Below, in pieces: positions 1 through 9,174 of a DNA stretch of 64,000 nucleotides. The DNA lies in the IMG/VR virus record IMGVR_UViG_3300044710_000077, positions 9,112-73,111 of that record; one strand, 5' to 3'. Position 1 is the first letter of the stretch, and each line of letters begins with the position of its first letter. Origin of the DNA: a virus. Both the position numbers and the translations under genes were made by a program. The notes beneath the pieces are model-generated. The model saw only the letters and a list, made by a program, of their open reading frames with translations, searched no databases and was not told where the DNA came from.

Positions 1-2
1 TG

Positions 3-608
3 GACGAGGCCGAACAATTACGCGCCCGCGCCAATACTATGGAAAAGCAGGCCGATCAGAAAACGCTGAACGCGACCACGCTGGAAACGGGACTGCCGGC
101 CGTAATCGACACCGCAGCGATATCGGCGCAACTGGCCAGCGCCCAGACCGTCCAGCAGACCCGCGCAAAATTCGAGGAACGCCGCCGCGCCTTGGCCGAT
201 GTCGACCGTCACAAGGCAACGTCGGACGGCCTGACCCAAGCCATTGCCGACCTGGACAAGCAAAAGGCCGACGCCATCGCTGCCGCCAAGCTGCCGGTGC
301 CGGGCCTGACGTTCGGCGATGACAACGTGGTGCTGCTCAACGGCGTGCCGCTGGCCCAGGCGGGCACGGCCGAGAAAATCCGAGTCGGCGTTGCCGTTGG
401 AATGGCCATGAATCCAACATTGCGGGTCATGCTCATTGACGAGGCGAGCGAGCTAGATTCCGAGTCGCTGGCCATGGTCGAGAAAATGGCCAAGGAACAG
501 GACTTCCAAGTTTGGCTGGCCCGCGTGAATGACGACGGCACCGCGCCCGGTTTCCAGATTGTCGACGGCCGGGTGGCCGGCCAGACCACTATAGGGGGCA
601 CAGAATGA
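3..608 (+). CDS. SMC/SbcC-like ABC-type ATPase, C-terminal part (starts upstream of window)
   Basis: Coiled coil, then degenerate ABC signature (LAQAGTAEKIR) and Walker B/D-loop (VMLIDEASELD); frame open from the window edge. Confidence 0.8.
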   Translation, partial: DEAEQLRARANTMEKQADQKTLNATTLETGLPAVIDTAAISAQLASAQTVQQTRAKFEERRRALADVDRHKATSDGLTQAIADLDKQKADAIAAAKLPVPGLTFGDDNVVLLNGVPLAQAGTAEKIRVGVAVGMAMNPTLRVMLIDEASELDSESLAMVEKMAKEQDFQVWLARVNDDGTAPGFQIVDGRVAGQTTIGGTE

Positions 609-790
609 CCGCGCTCATGAACGCCGGTTATGCTGCTAGCGTCGCCATGATGGTCGCCGCCTTGGCGTGGTCGATAATCGGCCAATCGCTAGGCTACAGT
701 TGCCCACGTGCAATCACATGGTTCGGAATTCTGGCCGCCATCGGCGTTATTGCCGGGGTGGCTTTTTACGTATTGGAGGGGACACAATGA
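605..790 (+). CDS. Small two-TM membrane protein
   Basis: 61 aa, two hydrophobic segments, ATGA coupling on both sides. Confidence 0.6.
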   Translation: MTALMNAGYAASVAMMVAALAWSIIGQSLGYSCPRAITWFGILAAIGVIAGVAFYVLEGTQ

Positions 791-1536
791 CCGACCCGAC
801 AGACGCGCGCATGACGCGCGGGCAAGTTATTATCATTGTCGTTCTCGGCTGCGTATTGACCGGCGCAGCGCTGGCAATCGGGAAATGGAGCTTTGACCAT
901 CCCGACACGGTTTCGCTCTTTCATCCGCCGGCGCCGACGGACAACGCGGACGACAAAGTGCTGCCGTCGTGGTGGATTCCCCGCCTGCCGGGGTCCGAAA
1001 ATCAACGCATGATGCCGGCCGAATGCGGCCAGGTCGGCCCCACCGGCGCGCTGCACCGTATTGAGTGCCCGCCGACCGCCGACGAAATCGCGATCTCCCG
1101 GCAGGTCTTAAATCAACTGGCCAACCACGACACGCAAATGCGCGAGGAACGCGACAGGGCCCTGGCCAGAGTCGACCAGCAAAGCTCCATTATTGATACC
1201 TTGCTGCGCAACAACCACGACGCCATAGTCGGCTGGCGGGCCGAACAGGACCGCGCCGACGCCTACCAGGCCGCTATCGGCACACTGTTGTCCACCCAAA
1301 ATAATGGAGTCGACCATGGACGCGACCAACGCCAGCGAGGTCATCGCGGCAATCGACCGCATCATAAACGACAGCGGATGCCTAGTCGTGATTGTCGACA
1401 CGACTGGGCGGAAAACTGGTTTACCCCGCGGCCATTCTATACTGACCGCCCGAGCCGATATCGTCATAGAATACAGCGGCGGCGCGTTCCGCATCACAAA
1501 GCGAAAAGATGGATGAAAAATGCCAAGCCGTGGTAA
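787..1536 (+). CDS. Membrane-anchored coiled-coil protein; Arg-rich C-terminus probably from a fusion or frameshift
   Basis: GGAGG then ATG at 787, N-terminal TM (VIIIVVLGCVLTGAALAI), coiled coil; after ~1304 the protein-like frame is a different one. Confidence 0.5.
   Translation: MTDPTDARMTRGQVIIIVVLGCVLTGAALAIGKWSFDHPDTVSLFHPPAPTDNADDKVLPSWWIPRLPGSENQRMMPAECGQVGPTGALHRIECPPTADEIAISRQVLNQLANHDTQMREERDRALARVDQQSSIIDTLLRNNHDAIVGWRAEQDRADAYQAAIGTLLSTQNNGVDHGRDQRQRGHRGNRPHHKRQRMPSRDCRHDWAENWFTPRPFYTDRPSRYRHRIQRRRVPHHKAKRWMKNAKPW
1304..1516 (+). pseudogene. Fragment resembling the C-terminal part of a RepA/AAA_25 (DnaB-like) helicase
   Basis: GCLVVIVDTTGRK...RGHSILTARAD...ITKRKDG resembles helicase motifs vHHtgK / RGsSal.aaaD / tKqKdg; no Walker A. 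Confidence 0.45.
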
Positions 1537-1792
1537 TTGCATAATCCGCGACAAAACGAACGGCCGCATCCTCGGCACGACAAAACAGCCGCGGCCAGTT
1601 ACGCTATGCGATTGCGGCAACCATGCTTTTACCGCAACGGTGCGTTGGGGTGTGACGCTGGTGTCGCCAGCAGATGCTGACCTTTTGCGCGGGTCATCGT
1701 TCCATTTACGTATCGACGGCCGAAATGCCTACGCAATCAAAAAAATAGGCCGCAAAAATAAGCCGCTTCATCAATTGAGGGCTTTGCTATGA
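1520..1792 (+). pseudogene. Truncated N-terminal part of an HNH(-AP2)-type endonuclease
   Basis: GVTLVSPADADLL...AYA...PLHQL resembles the HNH-AP2 N-terminus; it stops before the DH..N catalytic core. Confidence 0.4.
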
Positions 1793-2790
1793 AGGATGAC
1801 GTTGCTGGGACGCAAAAGCCAATCGTTCATAGTCCGGGATTGTATTTTGGTCTCGATGAAAACGCTTATTTCGCCGATTTAGCATTGGGGTCAGGCGATA
1901 TGCGGGCCTTAGTTAAGGAAGGCCCCGCCGGATTTTGGTGGGGTAGCGGTTATAACCCGAACCGCAAGGACGACGACGACAAACCATCGCTGACCCTTGG
2001 CAAAGCAATTCACAAACTGGTTCTTGAGGGGGAGCAGGCGTTCGACGAATTATATATGCGCAGCCCCCATTCGGAGGAAATGACTGGCCCCGAAAAGTCC
2101 GCGGCTACCAAAGACCTAAAGGCACGCTTAAAGGCCGCCGACCGGGAACATATCACGGTCCTGCCGGGCGACGCTTACGACCGGGCCGTAATTGCGTCTG
2201 CCATGATCGTAAAGAACCCCGGCCTGCGCACGGCTTTTCAGAATGGCGCACCTGAGGTCTCGGTATTCTGGACGCGCGGCGACGGGATACGGCGCAAGGC
2301 ACGCATCGATTATTTGAAAGCTAGGGGCGTCGGCGACCTGAAATCGGCGTCGAATTTCAAACGCATCGAATTCCCGCGCGCGTGCCGGGAAGCGATAGCG
2401 AATATGCGCTACGAAATCCAGGCGGCGCATTATCTCGAAGCCCGCGCCATGATCCCGCGGCTGGTCGCCGACGGGCTTGTGTTCGGCGATTACGACCCGG
2501 ACCTGTTGGAAGCCGTGTGCGGCGAGCGTCGATTCGCGTTCCAGTTCGTGTTTTTCGCCACCACCGGCGCGCCGGTGTCCTGGTCGTGCATCCTGTCGCC
2601 GACGCCGGACCCCAACCAGCCGCAGAACCCGATTCTGGACGTCGCCATGCGGGAAATCGACCGGGCTACAGATTTGTTCACCAAGGCCATGATTCATTTT
2701 GGCCCTGACACTATGTGGACCGACAACAGCCCGCCCGGCGAATTGCATCTGACAGATTTACCGCCCTGGTGGTCGAGGCCGGCGACATAA
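1789..2790 (+). CDS. RecE/exonuclease VIII-like PD-(D/E)XK exonuclease (DUF3799-like)
   Basis: LGKAIHKLVLE, PEVSVFW, KARIDYL, GDLKS, YEIQAAHY motifs. Confidence 0.88.
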   Translation: MKDDVAGTQKPIVHSPGLYFGLDENAYFADLALGSGDMRALVKEGPAGFWWGSGYNPNRKDDDDKPSLTLGKAIHKLVLEGEQAFDELYMRSPHSEEMTGPEKSAATKDLKARLKAADREHITVLPGDAYDRAVIASAMIVKNPGLRTAFQNGAPEVSVFWTRGDGIRRKARIDYLKARGVGDLKSASNFKRIEFPRACREAIANMRYEIQAAHYLEARAMIPRLVADGLVFGDYDPDLLEAVCGERRFAFQFVFFATTGAPVSWSCILSPTPDPNQPQNPILDVAMREIDRATDLFTKAMIHFGPDTMWTDNSPPGELHLTDLPPWWSRPAT

Positions 2791-2978
2791 TGGACAGGCG
2801 CGCGCCATTGGAATTCGAGCCTTTCCCGCCGGAAAAGCAAAACTGGCGGCTCGCGTTTTACTCCGGTATTGCAATATTCGGCCTTGGATTATTTATCCTC
2901 GGCGTTAGTCTAGGAATTCGTTGGTGCGAATTCGAGCACCATCACAGCCAACCGACGGAGTCGACCAATGAACGATAA
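2790..2978 (+). CDS. Small single-TM protein
   Basis: TAATG coupling to the exonuclease gene; hydrophobic segment IAIFGLGLFILGVSLGI. Confidence 0.5.
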   Translation: MDRRAPLEFEPFPPEKQNWRLAFYSGIAIFGLGLFILGVSLGIRWCEFEHHHSQPTESTNER

Positions 2979-4413
2979 TTCCCGCAGCCCCGACGGCCGC
3001 CCCGAACCGCCGCCGCACGGCGCGCCCGAACAGCCACGGCATCCGCCGCAGGTCGTGGGTCCGCTGGACGCGCTGAAAGAGCCGACGCTGGCCGTCGACT
3101 TGGCCGCCCTTGACCTGGACCGGGCAATTGCCACGGCCCATAAATTCCCGCGCCAAATCGACACCATTGTCCGCAAGATCGAACAGATGGCGCTGTACGA
3201 TGAAGCGGCGGCCGAACGCTGTATTTACATGCTGCCGCGCGCCGGCAAGGCTATCGTCGGCCCCAGCATCGGCTTCGCCAATATCCTGGCCAACGCCTGG
3301 GGCAACTGCCGCGACCGCGGCGAATGGATACGAACCGACCGGCACGAAAAGGTGGTCGTCTGTGAAGGCGTTTTTTTGGACCTGGAAACGAACCGGACGA
3401 CCTATTCGCCGTCGGTGCGCCGAATCAGCAACAGCAGCGGCCAGCTTTACAACCCCGACATGATCGCGGTCACGGCCCAAGCCGGATCGTCGATTGGCCG
3501 GCGCAACGCGATTCTGAACGCCGTGCCGGCGCCGCTGTGGCGGCCGACCTATGAAAAGGCCCTCATGATCGTGCGCGGCACGCTGGAAACCCTGGCCGAC
3601 CGCCGCGGCAAGATGGTCGCCGCCTTTGCCGGGTTCGGCGTCGACCCCAAGCGGGTATTCATGGCGCTGGGGGTCCGCGAGGAAAAGGAAATCACGCTGG
3701 ACCATATTATCGTGCTGCGGGGCATGTTCGAGGCCCTGCGGGACCAGTCGATTACGCCCGAGGAAATGTTCGACCCGCGTAAGATGGTCGGGGCGGAATT
3801 CGACAAGGTCGAGAATCCGATGGCCGACGATGACGAAACCGACGAGACGGCCGGCATGGGGCAGGCGGGCGGCGGTCAGCCGCAAACGGCAGCGCAGCCG
3901 ACGCCAGCCGCGCAGCCACAGGCTGGCGCGTCCGCGCCGCAGCAACAGACCGGGCCAAAGGAACCAGCACCAGCGGCCACGGCTGGCGCGACAGAGGCCC
4001 CGCAGCCAAAGCGCAAAGCTGGTCGGCCTAGCAACGCGGAAAAGGCGGCCAAGGCAGCCGCCGCCGGCGAACCGGCAAAATCTAACGCCCAGCCGGCAGG
4101 AACCGACGCCCAGCCGCAGAATCCGCCAGCGCCGCAACAGCAGCCCCCACCGGCGCAACAAACCGCACCCGCCGCGCAACAGCCCAAGCCGGCCGAACCG
4201 CCGCCAACGGCACCTAAGCCGCGCGACACCCCCGGCTATGAAAAGCACCTGACGGCATGGCTCGCCACGTGCACCAGCCCGTCGGAAGTCGAGGACCGCT
4301 GGCGCCACAAGGATGAACGCGACCTGCGGGGCAATTGCGGCATCATCGAAGATGACTTTGAGCGCATGAAGCGGCTAAAGGACGACCGTATCGCTGAACT
4401 GAAAAGGGCATAA
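2968..4413 (+). CDS. Conserved phage protein, putative ssDNA-annealing/recombination protein with long P/Q/A-rich linker
   Basis: IATAHKFPR...CIYMLPRAGKAIVGPSIGFA..LANAWGN domain; located beside the RecE-like exonuclease; GGAG RBS. Confidence 0.6.
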   Translation: MNDNSRSPDGRPEPPPHGAPEQPRHPPQVVGPLDALKEPTLAVDLAALDLDRAIATAHKFPRQIDTIVRKIEQMALYDEAAAERCIYMLPRAGKAIVGPSIGFANILANAWGNCRDRGEWIRTDRHEKVVVCEGVFLDLETNRTTYSPSVRRISNSSGQLYNPDMIAVTAQAGSSIGRRNAILNAVPAPLWRPTYEKALMIVRGTLETLADRRGKMVAAFAGFGVDPKRVFMALGVREEKEITLDHIIVLRGMFEALRDQSITPEEMFDPRKMVGAEFDKVENPMADDDETDETAGMGQAGGGQPQTAAQPTPAAQPQAGASAPQQQTGPKEPAPAATAGATEAPQPKRKAGRPSNAEKAAKAAAAGEPAKSNAQPAGTDAQPQNPPAPQQQPPPAQQTAPAAQQPKPAEPPPTAPKPRDTPGYEKHLTAWLATCTSPSEVEDRWRHKDERDLRGNCGIIEDDFERMKRLKDDRIAELKRA

Positions 4414-4418
4414 CGCAA

Positions 4419-4637
4419 ATGGACGTCTGCACATTGATCGTACAGTTAACGATAACGCTGCAAGGCTGCGCGTCGGCGCCATATTGTGCGACGTATGATA
4501 CCAACCCAGGCGTAAAGATTTGCCACCCGGCTGTTCCGACTGCCTGCCCGACGCCACAGGAACAATATGATTGCGTCCGCCCTGACGGCGCGCATTATAT
4601 CCGCAACCGCGACGAATTAAACCTGCCCAAAGGTTGA
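4419..4637 (+). CDS. Small Cys-rich, possibly secreted or lipoprotein
   Basis: 72 aa, hydrophobic N-terminus ending LQGC, several Cys. Confidence 0.4.
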   Translation: MDVCTLIVQLTITLQGCASAPYCATYDTNPGVKICHPAVPTACPTPQEQYDCVRPDGAHYIRNRDELNLPKG

Positions 4638-4653
4638 CGGGGAACCCAGTGCG

Positions 4654-5463
4654 ATGAATGAGCCCGACCTGACGGTGCGCGTGGTCGACTTTGAAACCAC
4701 CGGGCTGCCGCCCCAGCCCTGCGCGGTCTGTGAGGCGGCCTATGTGGACCTGGTGTCGCGCACCGGCAACGTCTGGTCCCGCGGCGCCGTCTGGTCGTCA
4801 CTGGTGAACCCCCAGGCGCCTATCGACGTCGAAGCCATGGCGACTCACCACATTACGGACGAAATGGTCGCCAACGCGCCGACCTGGGACCAGGTCATGC
4901 CGACGCTGCTGGAACGCCAGCCAATCGGCGAAACCCGAATTACGATATTCGCCGCGCACCACGCCGCATTTGAGCGAGCCCTGTTCGACCCGCCGGGCGC
5001 CATATGGGTCGACACGTACAAAAACGCGATCACGCTGTGGCCAGACGCGCCAAGCCACAAGAATCAGGTTTTAAGATATTGGCTGGGGCTCAAGCTGACG
5101 GCCAACCTGGAAGGCTACCCGGTGTTGCCGCACCGCGCCTTAGGCGACGCCTACGTGTCCGCCGGCATCCTGCGCCGGCAGTTCATCGAAGGGCTAGCCC
5201 TGGCCGACATGGTGAAGATCGCGGCGAATCCGGTGTTGCTGCCGAGGTTTCACTTTGGGGAACACGCCGGTAAGCTGCTGTCGGATATTCCGACCGGATA
5301 TTTTGAGTGGATCGTGAACAAGTCGCGCGGCCCATGGGACCCTGACGTGCTTTACACCGCGCAGTCAATTCTGGACGTCCGCAGGATGACGGAATTAAAG
5401 CGCAGCCCGGTCGACCCGACCGCAGTTGCCGCTGCGCAAGCCGACGCGGAACGCAAGCCATGA
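4654..5463 (+). CDS. DEDDh 3'-5' exonuclease (exonuclease X-like) with C-terminal FGxHxG domain
   Basis: VVDFETTG, AHHAAFE, PHRALGDA, FHFGEHAG..IPTGYFEW. Confidence 0.9.
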   Translation: MNEPDLTVRVVDFETTGLPPQPCAVCEAAYVDLVSRTGNVWSRGAVWSSLVNPQAPIDVEAMATHHITDEMVANAPTWDQVMPTLLERQPIGETRITIFAAHHAAFERALFDPPGAIWVDTYKNAITLWPDAPSHKNQVLRYWLGLKLTANLEGYPVLPHRALGDAYVSAGILRRQFIEGLALADMVKIAANPVLLPRFHFGEHAGKLLSDIPTGYFEWIVNKSRGPWDPDVLYTAQSILDVRRMTELKRSPVDPTAVAAAQADAERKP

Positions 5464-5945
5464 CGAAATTCGCAATCGACACCGACGTCCCGGTCGAGCG
5501 GTCGCGCATGGAAATCGAGGCGACGCTGGCGCGCTATGGCGCCGACAGATTTGCCTATTTCAGCGAAAAGACCCGCGCTATTATCGTTTTCGAGGCCAAG
5601 GAACGCCGGCTGAAATTTGAACTGCCGCTGCCGCAGATAACCGACCACGAGGTCACCCATGGCGGCGGCGAACACAGGCAAAAGCGGCGCAACGCCAGCA
5701 CGGACCTGCACGCCGTAGCCGCGCAGCTTGCACGCGCCCGCTGGCGCGGGTTGCTCCTGTGCATCAAGGCCAAATTGGAAGCCGTCGAAAGCGGAATCGA
5801 GTCGTTCGAGGACGCATTTCTTGCCCACGTGGTTTTGCCGGACGGCAGCACCGTCGGCCAGCACGTCAGTCCGGCAATCGCACGGACCTATGCGACCGGC
5901 ACCATGCAGCCGCTGCTGCCGTCCCCGAAACCGTCTGTGGATTAA
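5460..5945 (+). CDS. Conserved phage hypothetical protein
   Basis: RWRGLLLCIKAKLEAVESGI..FEDAFLAHVVLPDG; ATGA coupling. Confidence 0.75.
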   Translation: MTKFAIDTDVPVERSRMEIEATLARYGADRFAYFSEKTRAIIVFEAKERRLKFELPLPQITDHEVTHGGGEHRQKRRNASTDLHAVAAQLARARWRGLLLCIKAKLEAVESGIESFEDAFLAHVVLPDGSTVGQHVSPAIARTYATGTMQPLLPSPKPSVD

Positions 5946-6014
5946 CCGCGGCCTCCAATTTGCCGCGCGCCGCTGACGTGCTATCGAAAACGTGCCAACC
6001 GATGGAGAACGACA

Positions 6015-6518
6015 ATGGTAAAATCGCTAGATGACATGGCGGCCGATGCGACTGTGGCCGACTGGGCGCGTGTGCCAAAAAACGACATTATCGCGCGCGT
6101 CATGAACTTGGAGAATATGCTGGCCGAGCGAATCCGAGTCGACTCGGCCTTGATGGCAGAGCGCGCCGAATTGACCGAAAAGCTGGAAAACACGACCATG
6201 ATGCTGACCGTGCGCAGCACCGAACTGGACCGCAGCCAGAAAATCGCCGCGGAAATGTCGGCGACCGTTGCCAAGCAACGCGACGAAATCCGCGACTGCA
6301 GTGCCGAAATCAACGTCGGGCGCAAAAATATCAACGAACTGAAAACGCGACTGCACACGTCCGAAATACAAGCGGCCAACCTGCGCGGGCAACTGGATCG
6401 GGTCGCGGCGACCGATAAGCACCGACTGACGCTTGCCGGCGCGCGCCAGGAATGCGAATCATACGCCTACGCTGCCGCCGAAAACGCAAAGGCGACCAGC
6501 GACTGGGTCACGTTCTGA
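6015..6518 (+). CDS. Coiled-coil hypothetical protein
   Basis: GGAG RBS, heptad-rich 167 aa ORF. Confidence 0.65.
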   Translation: MVKSLDDMAADATVADWARVPKNDIIARVMNLENMLAERIRVDSALMAERAELTEKLENTTMMLTVRSTELDRSQKIAAEMSATVAKQRDEIRDCSAEINVGRKNINELKTRLHTSEIQAANLRGQLDRVAATDKHRLTLAGARQECESYAYAAAENAKATSDWVTF

Positions 6519-6519
6519 T

Positions 6520-6657
6520 ATGGCCAAAAAGGTCACCGCGCCGCTGTGCGCCCACTGTCGGCGTCCGGCGGTGCTGGTCACCGGCGCCGACGTGTACGGC
6601 CCCACGCGTCCCGACCTAGCGGACTGCGAATTCGTAAAGTGGGACGACAATGGCTGA
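6520..6657 (+). pseudogene. Truncated zinc-finger protein (DUF3268-like N-terminus)
   Basis: CAHC...LVTGADVYG..RPDL; ends before a second CxxC. Confidence 0.4.
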
Positions 6658-7519
6658 CACCACGAATATCGCATGGGCCGACGCAACTTTTAATCCCTTT
6701 ATCGGATGCACAAAAGTCAGCACCGGCCCGCTCGGCGCGTGTACCAATTGCTACGCCGAGGCATGGGATATCCGGTTCAAGGGCAACCACTGGGGCCCCG
6801 GCGCGCCGCGCCGGCGGACGTCGATGTCGAACTGGAAAAAGCCAGTTCACTGGAATCGCGACGCTATCGCCGCCGGCACTCGCCCGCGGGTCATGTGCGG
6901 GTCGCTATGCGACGTGTTCGATAACGAAGTCCCGCAGGCGTGGCGCTTCGACCTGTGGAACGTGATACGCGCCACGCCACGGCTGCGCTGGATGCTGATA
7001 ACGAAGCGCATAGGCAACGCACCCGACATGCTGCCGCCGGACTGGACGTCCGGCGCTTTCGCCCACGTCGGGATTATCGCCTCAACCGTTACCCAAGACG
7101 AAATAGACCGCGACGCGCCCAAGCTGTTCAAGGTGCCCGCCGCATGGTGGGGCTTTTCGGTTGAGCCGCAAATGGGGGCGATTACGCTGCCCCAGTGCGT
7201 CGTCGACCAAGCGCGCGATTTCCCCGGCCGGGTCTGGGCTATCAGCGGCGGGGAAAGCTACCAGCCAATATTTCACAAGTCCCGCGCCGACGTCCGCGGC
7301 TACAATCTGAAATGGGCGTTTTCGCTCAAGGCCCAATGCGCCCTGGCCGGCATCGCCTATTTTCAAAAGCAACTGGGGGCGCGGCCGTATTTCCCCAGCC
7401 CGCCGCCGCTGGGCGGCCAGGTCGCCTATGTCTGCGAACGCGACGACCACGCCGGCGCCGACCCCGCAGACTGGCCTGAACCGCTGCGCGTGCAGCAATT
7501 CCCGGGACCGCTCAAATGA
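6650..7519 (+). CDS. DUF5131 (phage Gp37/Gp68) family, radical-SAM-like three-Cys protein
   Basis: IAWADATFNPFIGCTKVS..ACTNCYA, SLCDVF, LITKR, SVEP, ISGGES, FQKQLG. Confidence 0.92.
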   Translation: MADTTNIAWADATFNPFIGCTKVSTGPLGACTNCYAEAWDIRFKGNHWGPGAPRRRTSMSNWKKPVHWNRDAIAAGTRPRVMCGSLCDVFDNEVPQAWRFDLWNVIRATPRLRWMLITKRIGNAPDMLPPDWTSGAFAHVGIIASTVTQDEIDRDAPKLFKVPAAWWGFSVEPQMGAITLPQCVVDQARDFPGRVWAISGGESYQPIFHKSRADVRGYNLKWAFSLKAQCALAGIAYFQKQLGARPYFPSPPPLGGQVAYVCERDDHAGADPADWPEPLRVQQFPGPLK

Positions 7520-7917
7520 CCGACAAAAGCTGCCTACTGACGCCCGACGACGCGCGCAAGCAAACCTGCCCGCTAATCCGGTGGTGCGTTAACCAGGACG
7601 CCGTAATGCAAGACGGCCGGTCGGCGATACACGAACACCAGGCATGCCAGGGCCCCGACTGCCGCATCGGATGGCGCTGGGGGGAGGAATCCGGCCAGGT
7701 TATCGGCATCGCATTCGACGAAACGGTGGTCGTGTGCCCGCCGACCATAGCTGGGGAACGCGGAGAGGACGCGCCGAAAACGCACCGGCTGATTCACACA
7801 GAGGCTAGGGATTTCGACGACGGCAAGCCGGCCCTGCGCGGCAGCTATGTCCGCGACCTGGAACTGCACCCGCGCCGCGGCTACTGCGGCGCTTTTGGCA
7901 ACCCCAGGCGCGGCTAG
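7516..7917 (+). CDS. Cys-containing hypothetical protein, last gene of the + strand block
   Basis: CP..., CQGPDC..WRW, RGYCG; ATGA coupling; its TAG overlaps the convergent gene's TAG in CTAG at 7914-7917. Confidence 0.65.
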   Translation: MTDKSCLLTPDDARKQTCPLIRWCVNQDAVMQDGRSAIHEHQACQGPDCRIGWRWGEESGQVIGIAFDETVVVCPPTIAGERGEDAPKTHRLIHTEARDFDDGKPALRGSYVRDLELHPRRGYCGAFGNPRRG

Positions 7918-8384
7918 CCGCGCGGATTGACGATTACCGCCCCAGCCAGCGAACGCTTATGCACGCGGGTCAGATAATCGACCATTTTTATTAGGATCGT
8001 TGGGTCGTGTTTGACCATGCCCAGGGTCATATTGCACCTGTTGCATAGCCATCCCCGGAATATCCCGGTTTCGTGGCAATGGTCGAAATGGAGTTGCGTC
8101 CCATTTGGCGACGTCCCGCCGCAAATTTCGCAGCCGTCAGGTCGCGGCCTGGTCGGAATCTCGGCAACAACCCCAGGCGCACATTTCGCGCGCCGCAGAA
8201 TTACGTCTGGCTTTGAACGATATATTTTGCGGGCCTCTTTAAGCCGGTCCTTGTGTTTCAGGCGATAGGTCGCCGACTTGACCCGGGCGCGCTCCCTGTT
8301 CCCGGGCTTCGCCCTGTAGATCGCCTGTTGTCTTTTGTCTCTAATCGCCTGTTCTGGCGAAAGATGCTTGCGCGGCATGGTCAA
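7914..8384 (-). CDS. Endonuclease VII-family HNH endonuclease
   Basis: CEICG...LHFDHCHETGIFRGWLCNRCNMTLG. Confidence 0.9.
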   Translation of the reverse strand: MTMPRKHLSPEQAIRDKRQQAIYRAKPGNRERARVKSATYRLKHKDRLKEARKIYRSKPDVILRRAKCAPGVVAEIPTRPRPDGCEICGGTSPNGTQLHFDHCHETGIFRGWLCNRCNMTLGMVKHDPTILIKMVDYLTRVHKRSLAGAVIVNPRG

Positions 8385-8737
8385 TGTGGGTTCACGATTA
8401 TTGCGCCGGCGATGGAGCGGCTATGTATGCGCGTGCGATGATTCCCGGAATTTGGGTCGTAGAGCGTCGCCAGGCCGTCGCCGTCGACGCTGATAATGCC
8501 GGCGACGTGCCCGGGCCAGACGGCGACCATGCCATGACCGGCCTGGGCCCGCGGGTAGCGCAGCCAGGCGCGCGCGGGGAATAATTCCGGCACCGGGTGG
8601 CCGAACACCCAGACGCTTACCCCGCAGCCGCAGAACAGCGTGCGGGGGCATCCTGACGGGTTCGGGACAACACCGTCGGCGCCAGGCGGCACAAGCGCCA
8701 TGAACGCCGACGTGATGTAGGCGACGACCTTGTCCAC
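8381..8737 (-). CDS. Small Cys/His (CHAP/NlpC-like) putative cell-wall peptidase
   Basis: FCGCG, WLRYPR, GMVAVWPGHV, DPNSG; GTG start at 8737 inferred. Confidence 0.6.
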   Translation of the reverse strand: MDKVVAYITSAFMALVPPGADGVVPNPSGCPRTLFCGCGVSVWVFGHPVPELFPARAWLRYPRAQAGHGMVAVWPGHVAGIISVDGDGLATLYDPNSGNHRTRIHSRSIAGAIIVNPH

Positions 8738-8738
8738 C

Positions 8739-9062
8739 TTACAGGCTGGCCGTGTCGCGCAGGCGGTGGATGGCGCTTTCAACCTGGTGGGGCTTTTCCG
8801 GCGCCCCGGTCGTGGCTGCGCGGTGTTCGCCTACGGTCGCGCGGATTATTCGCATGGCGCCGCGTGACTGGTCTATTTCCCGGGCATATTCGTCGGCGAT
8901 ACGGCAAGCGTTATCCAGCTTGCGGCGCAGGTTTTCGTTTTCTGCCGTGACCGACTTGTAGGCGATATCGCGGGCCTCCACCGCGGCCGTCAGTTCGGCC
9001 ACCTTGTCCTCAAGGTCTGTGACATAGCGGTGATATGAATTGCCGACGTCGTTGGCAGCCAT
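8739..9062 (-). CDS. Coiled-coil hypothetical protein
   Basis: GGAGGG RBS before ATG 9062; heptads. Confidence 0.6.
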   Translation of the reverse strand: MAANDVGNSYHRYVTDLEDKVAELTAAVEARDIAYKSVTAENENLRRKLDNACRIADEYAREIDQSRGAMRIIRATVGEHRAATTGAPEKPHQVESAIHRLRDTASL

Positions 9063-9063
9063 G

Positions 9064-9139
9064 ATTCCCTCCACGCGGCTCCAGCGCCGCCGGCCGGCAA
9101 TTTACCGGGACGGAGCACGACATGGCAAGTGGAGGGGAT
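9064..9139 (-). promoter_or_regulatory. Structured 5' leader occluding the RBS of the 9062 gene
   Basis: ccctccac (9067-9074) complementary to gtggaggg (9129-9136); inner gctcc/ggagc and ccggcaa/ttaccgg stems. Confidence 0.45.
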
Positions 9140-9174
9140 TGGTGCCCGGAACGAGTAGCCGCCGGGCGCCGGCC

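Noticed and set aside
3860-4230. CAG/CCG-rich quasi-repeats
   Set aside because: Explained by the P/Q/A-rich linker of the encoded protein.
2905-4308. 467 aa minus-strand ORF
   Set aside because: Arg/Gly-rich antisense shadow of the 2968-4413 gene, typical of high-GC DNA.
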